The translations under genes and the position numbers were made by a program. From NCBI GenBank assembly GCA_051747585.1, contig JBNJGH010000099.1, positions 1-12,533 on the forward strand: DNA of 12,533 bases. The letters are read 5' to 3'. This DNA is from Candidatus Rifleibacteriota bacterium (GTDB lineage Bacteria; Muiribacteriota; Ozemobacteria; Ozemobacterales; Ozemobacteraceae). This document shows positions 1 to 8,202 of the stretch, piece by piece; within the stretch, counting starts at the first letter, position 1; the number at the start of each line of letters is the position of its first letter. A model generated the notes under the pieces. The model was not told the DNA's origin, did not search any database, and saw only the letters and a program-made list of their open reading frames with translations.

Positions 1-1717
1 CAGCTTTGATTATGATGTTGAGATCTTTTGCCTGGCCTTCGGTAACCTGTTTGAAAAGATCGGCAAGCTTGAGGCGGTTATCTCTGGAGAGGCGTTCTTC
101 TCTGGCTTTTTTCTGACGTAATTCACCAACATAACGGGCGAATTTTGCACTTTCTGCTACCGAAAGCTTGTCACCGACTTTTGGCACCTCATTGAGACCG
201 AGAATCGCAAGCGGAGTAGATGGGCCGCCTTCTTTGACTCTTGCGCCCATATCATTTATAAGCGCTTTTACTCTGCCATAGCTTGAACCACAGATGATAT
301 TGTCGCCTTTTTTGATTTTTCCGTTGCGGATAAGAACTGTTGCCATTGGCCCCATTCCTTTGTCGAGCCGGGCTTCAATTATGGTGCCCTGAGCCGGACG
401 ATTCGGGTTGGCTTTGAGTTCCATCATTTCAGCCTGCAAAATAATCATTTCGAGTAGTTCGTCGAGACCTTTGCCGCTTATGGCAGAAACTTCTACCATG
501 GTGGTCTGGCCACCCCAGTCTTCAGCTACCAGATGCAGAGGCATTAGTTGCTGTTTGATACGGTCAGGTTTTGCGTCAGCCTTGTCCATTTTGTTAATGG
601 CGACGATAATAGGTACATCGGCTGCCTGAGCATGATGGATTGCTTCGATTGTTTGCGGTTGAACTCCATCATCTGCAGCTACAACCAGTATGGCGATATC
701 TGTTACCAGAGCACCCTGGGCACGCATGGCAGTAAATGCTTCGTGGCCGGGAGTGTCTATAAAGGAAATGATTCCATCATTGGTTTTTACCTGATAGGCA
801 CCGATATGCTGAGTTATACCACCAACTTCTTTGTCTGCTACATGGGCTTTTCGAATATAGTCAAGCAAAGAGGTTTTTCCGTGATCGACGTGACCCATGA
901 TGGTAACAACAGGGGGTCTGATTTGAAGATCTTCTTCTTTGTCTGGTTTTTCTTCAATTTCGATAACATCTTCGGCAAAAACGATCTCTTTGCCGTATTC
1001 CTGACCAATTAATTGAATATGTTCAGATTCGAGTCTTTGATTAAGGCTCGCAACTATACCGAGTCCGAATAATTTCTTTATAAGTTGAACCGCCGGCACA
1101 TCGAGATATTTGGCCAGCTGAGTAACGGTAATGTCCTCCGGCACTGTAAGTTCCGGAAGAGTTTCGGCAGAAGTTTCTTGCTGTTGCTGTTGGCTCTTAT
1201 TACCTTGTCGATCTAGAACTGCTTCAGTTTTACGCTCATTATCACGCATTTCGGCCTGTACCTTTTTGGAAAAGCGGGCTCTTTTATTTTTTCCCTTTTT
1301 CTTTTTTCCGGTTGGGATTTCTTTCTTTGGAGGCGCAGTTTTTATGATGGTAATTTGCTTGTTTACTTCTACTTCTTCATCTTCTTGACCAGGTTTCGCT
1401 CCGGATCTCTTTTTACCGGTTCTGGTCTTTTCTGACTGAGGTTTTGATGGGACACCATTTTTTTCGGTAGATTTTTGGGAGGGCTTTTTGTCCTTTTCTG
1501 TTTTTGTGTCTGTTGGTTTGGCTTTTGCCTGGGGTTTTGCCTCGTCGGCTTTTGCAGCCCCACCGGCAAAATGTTTTTCCAGCGCAGTCAGCATTTCGTC
1601 GCTGACGGCTGAAAAAGGATGGGCTTTAATTTTAAAACCCAGTTTACCCAGTAATTCAGCCATTTCCTTGTTGCTTAATTTGTATTGTTTACTTGCAATG
1701 TGTAATCTTTTACCCAT
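1..1717 (-). CDS. infB: Translation initiation factor IF-2, partial (C-terminus lies beyond the left edge; about 572 codons visible)
   Basis: Absent from the ORF track because it has no stop in the window; translated by hand. ATG at 1717 with SD GGAGGT at 1723-1728. Starts [23 protein letters not shown], then a Lys/Pro/Glu-rich linker, then [20 protein letters not shown] (G1), [12 protein letters not shown] (G2), [10 protein letters not shown] (G3), VAINKMDK (G4). Ends ...KDLNIIIKA at the edge. Lies directly downstream of nusA. Confidence 0.98.
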   Translation of the reverse strand, partial: MGKRLHIASKQYKLSNKEMAELLGKLGFKIKAHPFSAVSDEMLTALEKHFAGGAAKADEAKPQAKAKPTDTKTEKDKKPSQKSTEKNGVPSKPQSEKTRTGKKRSGAKPGQEDEEVEVNKQITIIKTAPPKKEIPTGKKKKGKNKRARFSKKVQAEMRDNERKTEAVLDRQGNKSQQQQQETSAETLPELTVPEDITVTQLAKYLDVPAVQLIKKLFGLGIVASLNQRLESEHIQLIGQEYGKEIVFAEDVIEIEEKPDKEEDLQIRPPVVTIMGHVDHGKTSLLDYIRKAHVADKEVGGITQHIGAYQVKTNDGIISFIDTPGHEAFTAMRAQGALVTDIAILVVAADDGVQPQTIEAIHHAQAADVPIIVAINKMDKADAKPDRIKQQLMPLHLVAEDWGGQTTMVEVSAISGKGLDELLEMIILQAEMMELKANPNRPAQGTIIEARLDKGMGPMATVLIRNGKIKKGDNIICGSSYGRVKALINDMGARVKEGGPSTPLAILGLNEVPKVGDKLSVAESAKFARYVGELRQKKAREERLSRDNRLKLADLFKQVTEGQAKDLNIIIKA

Positions 1718-1734
1718 CCATTACCTCCGCGATG

Positions 1735-2808
1735 TCAGTCTTCTGTGTTTTTGTCTGAAGCCATATTTTCAATGTCCTGTTCAGTTTTTATGTCGATTTT
1801 AATGCCGGTAAGTTTTGATGCTAATTTTACGTTCTGGCCTTCTTTACCGATGGCCAGAGACAGTTGGCTTTGAGCAACTATCGCGAGAGCTTGTCCGCCG
1901 TCTTCTGAAATTTTTACCGTTTGAACCTTTGCCGGACTCAACGCATTGGTTACATAAGTAACCGGGTCGTCGCTGTATCTGACAATGTCAATTTTTTCGC
2001 CGTTGAGTTCATCAACGATTCCTTTTATTCTGCTGCCTTTAAGGCCAACGCAGGCCCCAACGGGGTCAACCCGCTGTTCGGTTGTTGCTACCGAGATCTT
2101 AACTCTCAGGCCGGCTTCACGGGCCGAAGATTTAATTTCGACGATTCCGTCAGAAATTTCGGGAACAGCCTGTTCAAAAAGGATTTCTACGAATTTGGCC
2201 GAGCTTCTTGACAGTATAATCTGCGGCCCTTTGGTAGAAGGTCTTACTTCGAGAATGAAGCATTTTATCCGGTCATTTGTTCTAAAAATTTCACCGGGTA
2301 TTTGCTCTCTTGGGGAAAGGACGCCCTCAGTATTTGCCAGTTCGACATAAACATGGCCCCGTTCTACTCTTTGCACTTTGCCGGTAAGGACTTCACCAAC
2401 TTTATGCTGATATTCTTCAAAAATAATATTTCGTTCAGCTTCCTTGAGCTTCTGGCTTACAACCTGACGTGCAGTTTGCGCAGCAATTCGGCCGAATGAA
2501 GGTGGAGTAACATCTTCTTCAACCGTATCGCCGGGTTGTGCGTCAGGATCTATCTCTCTGGCTTCTTCAAGCGTATATTGCCGGTCTGGCTCATCCAGAT
2601 CGTCGCCTTTCATAACCAGGCGCCTGGAAATAACCTTGAAATCTCCAGTATTTTCATCCAGTTTAACTTCAACATCTTCTTCAGAGTCGAAGTTTTTGCG
2701 ATAGGCTACAACCAGGGCCTCTTCTATTGCCTCTACCAGTACAGACATTGGAAGATTCTTTTCGCCTATAACTTCTTTTAATGCTTCGATCAAATTTGTC
2801 TTAGCCAT
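1735..2808 (-). CDS. nusA: Transcription termination/antitermination factor NusA (short form: NTD-S1-KH1-KH2, no AR1/AR2)
   Basis: Motifs FGRIAAQTARQV, GPQIILSRS, AREAG.RVKI, DPVGACVG.KGSR, EKIDIV, LSLAIGKEGQNVKLA. SD GGAGGT at 2814-2819. Sits between rimP and infB. Confidence 0.98.
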   Translation of the reverse strand: MAKTNLIEALKEVIGEKNLPMSVLVEAIEEALVVAYRKNFDSEEDVEVKLDENTGDFKVISRRLVMKGDDLDEPDRQYTLEEAREIDPDAQPGDTVEEDVTPPSFGRIAAQTARQVVSQKLKEAERNIIFEEYQHKVGEVLTGKVQRVERGHVYVELANTEGVLSPREQIPGEIFRTNDRIKCFILEVRPSTKGPQIILSRSSAKFVEILFEQAVPEISDGIVEIKSSAREAGLRVKISVATTEQRVDPVGACVGLKGSRIKGIVDELNGEKIDIVRYSDDPVTYVTNALSPAKVQTVKISEDGGQALAIVAQSQLSLAIGKEGQNVKLASKLTGIKIDIKTEQDIENMASDKNTED

Positions 2809-2822
2809 ATTTTACCTCCCGG

Positions 2823-3311
2823 TCATCCCCGCTTCTTTTTTTGTGGAAACTCAAGCACGGCCTGAGCTTTTTTAACCACATTCAGAGGGAACTCTCGAAG
2901 CCCTTTTTCTGATCGTACTACTATTTTATCCGGAGAAAATTCCTGTAGCCTGGCTCTGAATACTTCTTTCTTTTGCTCGGGGTTGTCGATAAGAGTCCAT
3001 TTGACCAGTTTGCCTACGTGTCTTTCGTAATCGACCTGCCTTTTAAAGACTCGCTCAACACCTGGAGAAGAAACCTCAAGAGTGTAAGCACAATGAATTA
3101 AATCCGTCTCATCCAGATAATCGCTCAATGTGCGTGAGACTTTTTCACAGTCTTTCACGGTTATTCCATCGGGACTGTCAATAAAAACCTCAAGCATCAT
3201 TGTCCGGTTTGCCGGACGATAAGTGACATCATAAACTTCATAGATATCAGAGAAAGTTTTGCTGACAAAATCTTTGACAGCAGCTATAACAGCTTCACGA
3301 TCTTTTGTCAT
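2823..3311 (-). CDS. rimP: Ribosome maturation factor RimP
   Basis: Motifs LEVFIDSPDGITVKDCEKVSR and YTLEVSSPGVER; 162 aa; canonical position upstream of nusA; SD AGGAG at 3321-3325. Confidence 0.95.
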   Translation of the reverse strand: MTKDREAVIAAVKDFVSKTFSDIYEVYDVTYRPANRTMMLEVFIDSPDGITVKDCEKVSRTLSDYLDETDLIHCAYTLEVSSPGVERVFKRQVDYERHVGKLVKWTLIDNPEQKKEVFRARLQEFSPDKIVVRSEKGLREFPLNVVKKAQAVLEFPQKKKRG

Positions 3312-3334
3312 AACATCTTTCTCCTATTCTGCTT

Positions 3335-3372
3335 AAAAACAACAAAACCCGCTGCAAAAGCGGTTTCTGTTG
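3335..3372 (-). terminator. Intrinsic terminator-like hairpin in the rimP-nusA-infB 5' leader (probable attenuator)
   Basis: The - strand RNA reads CAACAGAAACCGCU-UUUGC-AGCGGGUUUUGUUG-UUUUU: a 14-position stem with one G-U pair and one A.G mismatch, then U5. It lies between the predicted promoter and the rimP SD. Confidence 0.75.
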
Positions 3373-3410
3373 ATTTTGCTTTTATTATTTATAATGCCTG
3401 TTGAGCGCTA

Positions 3411-3439
3411 ATTCTAGCACTTAATTAACAGTAAATCAA
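3411..3439 (-). promoter_or_regulatory. Sigma70-type promoter for rimP-nusA-infB
   Basis: On the - strand: TTGATT (3439-3434), 17-nt spacer, TAGAAT (3416-3411), with an extended -10 TGn (TGcTAGAAT). Confidence 0.7.
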
Positions 3440-3452
3440 GGGAATACTTTGA

Positions 3453-3481
3453 TAGAAAAATAGTTGAAAGAGTGATATGAT
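3453..3481 (+). promoter_or_regulatory. Candidate sigma70-type extended -10 promoter for the SBP-phosphatase operon
   Basis: TAGAAA (3453-3458), 17-nt spacer, TATGAT (3476-3481), with TG at 3473-3474. The AT-rich context lowers specificity. Confidence 0.45.
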
Positions 3482-3512
3482 TTTTGCAAGATTTAAACTT
3501 AGAGGTTACTTG

Positions 3513-5189
3513 ATGTATTGTGGCAAAAGGTTTTTCATTGTTTTATTAGCAGGCGTCTGTTTTTTTTCAGGATGCTGGAACCGGCAGGAGACAGCAAAAG
3601 ACAAAACCAGTAACAAACCGGTAAAGGGTGGGGTTTATCGCCGGGCTTTTGCCGATTCTTATATCGTTCTTGATCCGGCTTTGATTAAAGATTCCAATTC
3701 ACACGAAGTTTGTCGGCGTATCTATGATGGGTTGGTCGATTTTAATGACGCAGGTCTCCCTACACCGTCAATTGCAGAAAGCTGGACAATAAGCGAAGAC
3801 AAGCTTGTTTACACTTTTAAATTGAGAAATGATGTTTATTTTCATGCGCAAAGCGGCGGGCAACCGACTGCTAACAAAGGAAGACAGTTAACTGCCGATG
3901 ACGTGGTCTATACCTTTGAAAGGCTTTTAAGGCCGGTACAAGGCTATCAGGGAGCTTTTTTTCACTTGATCAAGGGAGCTACGGATTATAATAGCGGGAA
4001 AAGTGAACATATTGCCGGTATCAGCAAGGTAGCTTCTTTAAGCGTAAAATTTGAGCTCGAGAAACCTTTCGCACCTTTTGTTTCTTTACTTGGCATGTGT
4101 AATGCATTTATAGTCCCCAAAGAAGATTGCGAAGGCCCGAATGCAGATATAGCGATACGACCGGTCGGCACAGGGCCTTTCAAGTGGGCGGGGAAAGAAG
4201 GCGACACTCTGGTGCTCAAAGCCAATCAAAAGCATTTTAGAGGCAGGCCATGGCTTGATAAAATAGAGTTTCCTATCATCGAAGACGAAAAAGAAAGGTT
4301 TGCCGCCTTTAATCGTGGTGAACTGATGCATGTAGATGTGCCTGATTCAAACTATGAAAATGTAAAGCAGAGCCCGGAACTCGCGGCTAATTTGCTTGAA
4401 GTGGGCACCTGGGGGACAAATTATCTTGGTATGAACCTGACCACCAAACCATTTGACAATAAGTATTTTCGTCAGGCAATGAATTACGCTATCGACAGAA
4501 AAGCTATAGTTGATCTGGTTTTAAATGGAAGAGCTAAAATTGCCAATGGAGTCTTACCCCCTGGAATACCCGGTTACGACCCTGAATTCAAGGGTTATTC
4601 ATATAATCCTGAAAAAGCTGCAGAATTGTTGAAAAAAGCCGGATACAAAGATGGTAAAAAAATTCCTGAGATTGTTCTTCAGTACAATCGAGATATTATT
4701 CACACAAGAACCAGTGAGTTTATAATGGCAAATTTGAGTGATATTGGTATTAAGTGCAGAGTAAAAAAAGTTGAATTCGATAACCATTTAAGATCGGTTG
4801 AGTCGGGTAATGCCGCTTTTTTTAGAATGGGATGGTCGGTTGATTACCCTGACCCTGACAGCTTTTTATATACATTGTTCCATTCTTCCAATATTGATAA
4901 AGGCTATAATTTTACCAGGATTCAAGTTGAAGAACTTGATCGATTACTGGATAAAGCACGTTATGAAACCGAAACCCAACAGCGGGTCAAACTTTATCGT
5001 GAAGCTGAAGAGCTCATTGTCGAACAGGCTCCCTGGGTTTTTATGTATTTTTATACGGATCATCTTCTTCATCAGCCAGAAGTTAGAGGAATCGAGCTGG
5101 CAGCTATGGGGCAGCCTTTTATAAAATATCGCAAAATCTGGCTTGCCCCCCGAAAAAACAAAGTAGCTGAGACAAGTATGCAACAATGA
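3513..5189 (+). CDS. ABC-type solute-binding lipoprotein, family 5 (OppA/DppA/NikA-like), 558 aa
   Basis: Family-5 motifs IYDGLV, AESWTISEDKLVYTFKLR..VYFH, LTADDVVYTFER, PVGTGPFK, RQAMNYAIDR, YNPEKAAELLKKAG, GWSVDYPDPDSFL. Start moved from 3477 to ATG 3513 because AGAGGT at 3501-3506 precedes it and it gives a normal signal peptide II (MYCGKRFFIVLLAGVCFFSG-C). Confidence 0.9.
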   Translation: MYCGKRFFIVLLAGVCFFSGCWNRQETAKDKTSNKPVKGGVYRRAFADSYIVLDPALIKDSNSHEVCRRIYDGLVDFNDAGLPTPSIAESWTISEDKLVYTFKLRNDVYFHAQSGGQPTANKGRQLTADDVVYTFERLLRPVQGYQGAFFHLIKGATDYNSGKSEHIAGISKVASLSVKFELEKPFAPFVSLLGMCNAFIVPKEDCEGPNADIAIRPVGTGPFKWAGKEGDTLVLKANQKHFRGRPWLDKIEFPIIEDEKERFAAFNRGELMHVDVPDSNYENVKQSPELAANLLEVGTWGTNYLGMNLTTKPFDNKYFRQAMNYAIDRKAIVDLVLNGRAKIANGVLPPGIPGYDPEFKGYSYNPEKAAELLKKAGYKDGKKIPEIVLQYNRDIIHTRTSEFIMANLSDIGIKCRVKKVEFDNHLRSVESGNAAFFRMGWSVDYPDPDSFLYTLFHSSNIDKGYNFTRIQVEELDRLLDKARYETETQQRVKLYREAEELIVEQAPWVFMYFYTDHLLHQPEVRGIELAAMGQPFIKYRKIWLAPRKNKVAETSMQQ

Positions 5190-8047
5190 AAACTCAAAAG
5201 AGTAATTTTGAAAATAAAAGTATTGCTTCTGCAGGGTTCAACAATGTGTTGAGCTATAGCGCGGCATTTGCGCTTTTTATTTTTCTGCCGGTAATAATTG
5301 CAGCAGTTTTGGGTTCCGATGCTATTAACCTTAAGCAGCAGCGCGAATTTGAAGTAGTAAGGAAGCAGCTTGAAACCAGACTTGATCAGTTTGCCGCTGA
5401 AGTCGATACCGATACTTATTTGCGCAAAGTTGCCCGAGGTGCCTGGTGGTTTGCTCAAAACAGGAATTATGATTCTGACAAACTGAGCAAATTTATCGAA
5501 AAAATTAAAAAGCTTTCGGGGGTCGAGCTAGATATATATCTTTTCAATGAAAAAGGACGGCTGGAAACACCTCGTGAAATACTGGTAAAATCAAGATTTA
5601 TCGCCAAAAAATTGTGGAATCTGGTGAAAGCTGATCCAATCAAGCAAAGTCGCATTTTCGAAAATATACGCAAGCCTTTAAAATCTTTTCTTGGTCATGA
5701 ATTTAAGGTAGCGCAACTACTCGACAAAAAAGATGGTCTTTTACCAATAATAGTCAGGCACCAAAGTGGCAGGATTTACTGGAATGAAGCAGGCCCCGAT
5801 TCAAAAGCCGGTATTATTGTCATATTCTGGCAGAAACCAAATTTAGATAAAAGAATAAAAGAAACTCTCAAACGCAATTCAAACTTTTTTGAGCGCGGCG
5901 CCTTGTTTAAAAATGTAAATGAATTTTACCGACTGAGTGGAGAAAAATTGCGCAAAGATGTAATGAAACCCGTTTATACCAGATTAACTTTGCTTAACAA
6001 CCCTCATGAGATCGCAGACGATTTTGTCTGGATGGGGCGCAAGATAGAAGAAAACTGGATTATAGCAGGAGAAAGCTTTTCGCCGGATAAATACAAAAGA
6101 TGGCTGCAAATGCTGATGTATTTTTTAGCTTTTCTGGTATTGCTTTCGCTTTTATTGACTTACAAGGCCGGCAAAAGTCGAAATTTAAGGGTTTCAATAA
6201 GACTCAAGCTTGTGGTTTTATTTTTTACTGCAGTGCTGGTTCCGGTCATGGGATTCATTTTTCTGGGCTACCAGTATCTTGCTGACCGTGAAGAAACAAT
6301 GGTAGCAGAAGTGGCCGGCCGCAACCGAACAGAGCTTTTCTCGCTGGATGAAAGTTTTCGAAATATCGGTAAGGCTTATGAAAAAGAATGGAAAGAGCTC
6401 ATTCCCTTATTTGCAAGCGAAGATGAGGAGCTGATAAGCAGAGAGCTTGAAGAAAAATTGCGAACCAATGAGCTGGTAACCGTTGAATTGCGTGATATAG
6501 AGGCAGATATCAAATATACCAAGGTTAACGAGCTGTTTTTCGAAGGAATGAAAGAAGTTTCAGAGGCGTTTTCTCGTTTCTGTATAGACACTGCCCTTGG
6601 TACAAACCTGGCCGAGTCGGTCGATCCGATTGTTTCTATGATTGTTAAGGCCCCTGAAGGTGGTATGTTCTTTTTGTTTGATCGCCCCGGTGAAATTCAT
6701 CCTCTGGAGTTTGGCCCCGCACCCCTTCTGATTTTCTGGCAGATTATCGAAAATAAATTTTCACAAAAAAGATATCTGTTTATTTTGCAGTCGGCGACAG
6801 TTTTATTGAAAAAGCTGGTAAAAAAACGCATGTTAAAGACCTACCGGCAGAGAAAGCAGCAGCCAGATATTACAGTTGCAAGACATAATACAAGCGGACG
6901 CTGGTTGCCGGCTAAGCTTCAGGAAAATCTGCAGTTGAAAAAATTTGCTCAAAGGTTGAAATTCAGTAATAAGCCCCAGGACAGTCATATAAAAATTAAT
7001 GGCAAAACCTGGTTCGTAACCGGTCTTAAGGGAAAATATGCCTCAGACTACTGTTTTTTCAGTTTTTATCCCCGTGAATTTATCGATGATGATCTTAATT
7101 TTATAAGAAAACTTATAGTCGCCAGCATTTTGATTTTCCTGTTGGTTGCACTTCTTACCGGTAATATCCTTTCCTTAACCTTTCTTGAGCCAATTTCAAG
7201 GCTTTCGCAAGGCGTTGAAGCCATTAAAAAACGTCAGTCTGAATTTCGTATTGAAACCGGTCAGCGTGATGAATTCGGCGATCTGGCGGTTAATTTCAAT
7301 CACATGATTGAAGACCTTAAAGAGATGGAACTCGCAGGAGATGTGCAAGAATCACTTTTGCCGGGAACTTTTCCCGATATCCCCGGTTATCAGCTGCAAT
7401 ACGTAAATAGAATGGCTTCAGATGTTGGCGGCGACTATTTTGATCTGTATTGGCTTGACGAAAATAGATTGTGTCTGCTGATCGGAGATGTGACCGGTCA
7501 TGGAGTCAGCTCTGCCCTGGTAATGGCTATGGCCAAAGCAACGGTTTATCAGGGGTTGAAAGAAAAAAAACCTCTGGTAGAGCTTTTTTCTGATTTGAAT
7601 TCGGCGGTTAACACTTATTTTAAAATTCCGCCCGCAAGAAAAATGATTACCTTTTTTGCTGCTATTTTAAATATAGATGACGGAGCCATTGAATATGCAA
7701 ATGCAGGGCATAACTTTCCGGTCATTATCAGAAAGAACAAGGAAATCGAGTTCCTGTCGGCTGTTCATTTACCCATTGGTGCCAGCAAAAAGTTAAGAGG
7801 GCTTAAAACTCATCAAACCAGATTGAATTCCGGCGATACATTAGTTTTTTACACTGATGGAATTATAGAAGTGAAAAATAATTTCAGTGAAATGATGGGA
7901 TATGAGAATTTTAAAGCTGTTTTGTTTGAAAACTCTGAATCTTCGGCTGATAAAATTCTTGCTAAGCTTATGGCTGCCTATGATTCTTATCTTGCCGGTT
8001 CTGATCCTGACGATGATGTAACAATAATAGTATTGAAAAAAGATTAG
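5186..8047 (+). CDS. Membrane-bound SpoIIE/RsbU-family PP2C Ser/Thr phosphatase with HAMP and two extracytoplasmic domains (953 aa)
   Basis: Hydrophobic segments at about aa 22-42, 306-326, 343-362 and 643-665. HAMP (PISRLSQGV...RDEFGDLAVNFNHM). PP2C motifs DVGGDYFD, GDVTGHG, NAGH, YTDG, DDVT. ATGA overlap with the SBP stop codon. Confidence 0.9.
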   Translation: MKTQKSNFENKSIASAGFNNVLSYSAAFALFIFLPVIIAAVLGSDAINLKQQREFEVVRKQLETRLDQFAAEVDTDTYLRKVARGAWWFAQNRNYDSDKLSKFIEKIKKLSGVELDIYLFNEKGRLETPREILVKSRFIAKKLWNLVKADPIKQSRIFENIRKPLKSFLGHEFKVAQLLDKKDGLLPIIVRHQSGRIYWNEAGPDSKAGIIVIFWQKPNLDKRIKETLKRNSNFFERGALFKNVNEFYRLSGEKLRKDVMKPVYTRLTLLNNPHEIADDFVWMGRKIEENWIIAGESFSPDKYKRWLQMLMYFLAFLVLLSLLLTYKAGKSRNLRVSIRLKLVVLFFTAVLVPVMGFIFLGYQYLADREETMVAEVAGRNRTELFSLDESFRNIGKAYEKEWKELIPLFASEDEELISRELEEKLRTNELVTVELRDIEADIKYTKVNELFFEGMKEVSEAFSRFCIDTALGTNLAESVDPIVSMIVKAPEGGMFFLFDRPGEIHPLEFGPAPLLIFWQIIENKFSQKRYLFILQSATVLLKKLVKKRMLKTYRQRKQQPDITVARHNTSGRWLPAKLQENLQLKKFAQRLKFSNKPQDSHIKINGKTWFVTGLKGKYASDYCFFSFYPREFIDDDLNFIRKLIVASILIFLLVALLTGNILSLTFLEPISRLSQGVEAIKKRQSEFRIETGQRDEFGDLAVNFNHMIEDLKEMELAGDVQESLLPGTFPDIPGYQLQYVNRMASDVGGDYFDLYWLDENRLCLLIGDVTGHGVSSALVMAMAKATVYQGLKEKKPLVELFSDLNSAVNTYFKIPPARKMITFFAAILNIDDGAIEYANAGHNFPVIIRKNKEIEFLSAVHLPIGASKKLRGLKTHQTRLNSGDTLVFYTDGIIEVKNNFSEMMGYENFKAVLFENSESSADKILAKLMAAYDSYLAGSDPDDDVTIIVLKKD

Positions 8048-8076
8048 TTCTATATTTGAAATAATCAGTGCTTTTC

Positions 8077-8154
8077 TCGATTCCGATATCGATAGCGATA
8101 CCGACACCCGAATAAAAGTCGCAATTCGGAATCGGAATCGGGAATCGATTTTCG
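8077..8154. repeat. Inverted array of degenerate CGAnnn hexamers between the convergent phosphatase genes
   Basis: Left arm CGATTC-CGATAT-CGATAG-CGATAC-CGACAC (8078-8107, period 6). Right arm has TCG at 8119, 8126, 8132, 8138, 8145 and 8152. TCGATTCC (8077-8084) pairs with GGAATCGA (8141-8148); CCGAAT (8108-8113) pairs with ATTCGG (8124-8129). Confidence 0.8.
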
Positions 8155-8202
8155 ACAATTTAATTTTCTTTTATAAAAAAACAAATGAAAAATTACTGAG
8201 TT

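Noticed and set aside
1170..1580. Low-complexity Lys/Pro/Gln-rich stretch in infB, possible frameshift or internal start
   Set aside because: The frame stays open from 1717 to the window edge, variable charged linkers are normal in IF2, and I saw no clearly SD-supported internal start.
408..2781. Several + strand ORFs, including 548..1012 (154 aa), and the - strand ORF 1369..1569
   Set aside because: Antisense or alternate-frame shadows of infB and nusA, with no recognisable motifs.
3477..3512. Longer N-terminus for the SBP given by the ORF track
   Set aside because: It overlaps a predicted -10 and has no convincing SD; ATG 3513 has an SD and gives a proper lipoprotein signal.
8077..8154. 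Hexamer array, and likewise the triplets at 12395-12450, as CRISPR
   Set aside because: Units are 6-9 nt with no unique spacers of CRISPR size, and no cas genes are present.
7841..8158. 105-aa - strand ORF starting in the intergenic repeat
   Set aside because: Its RFRFR and VSVSLSIS dipeptide patterns come from the hexamer array, and the rest is antisense to phosphatase 1.
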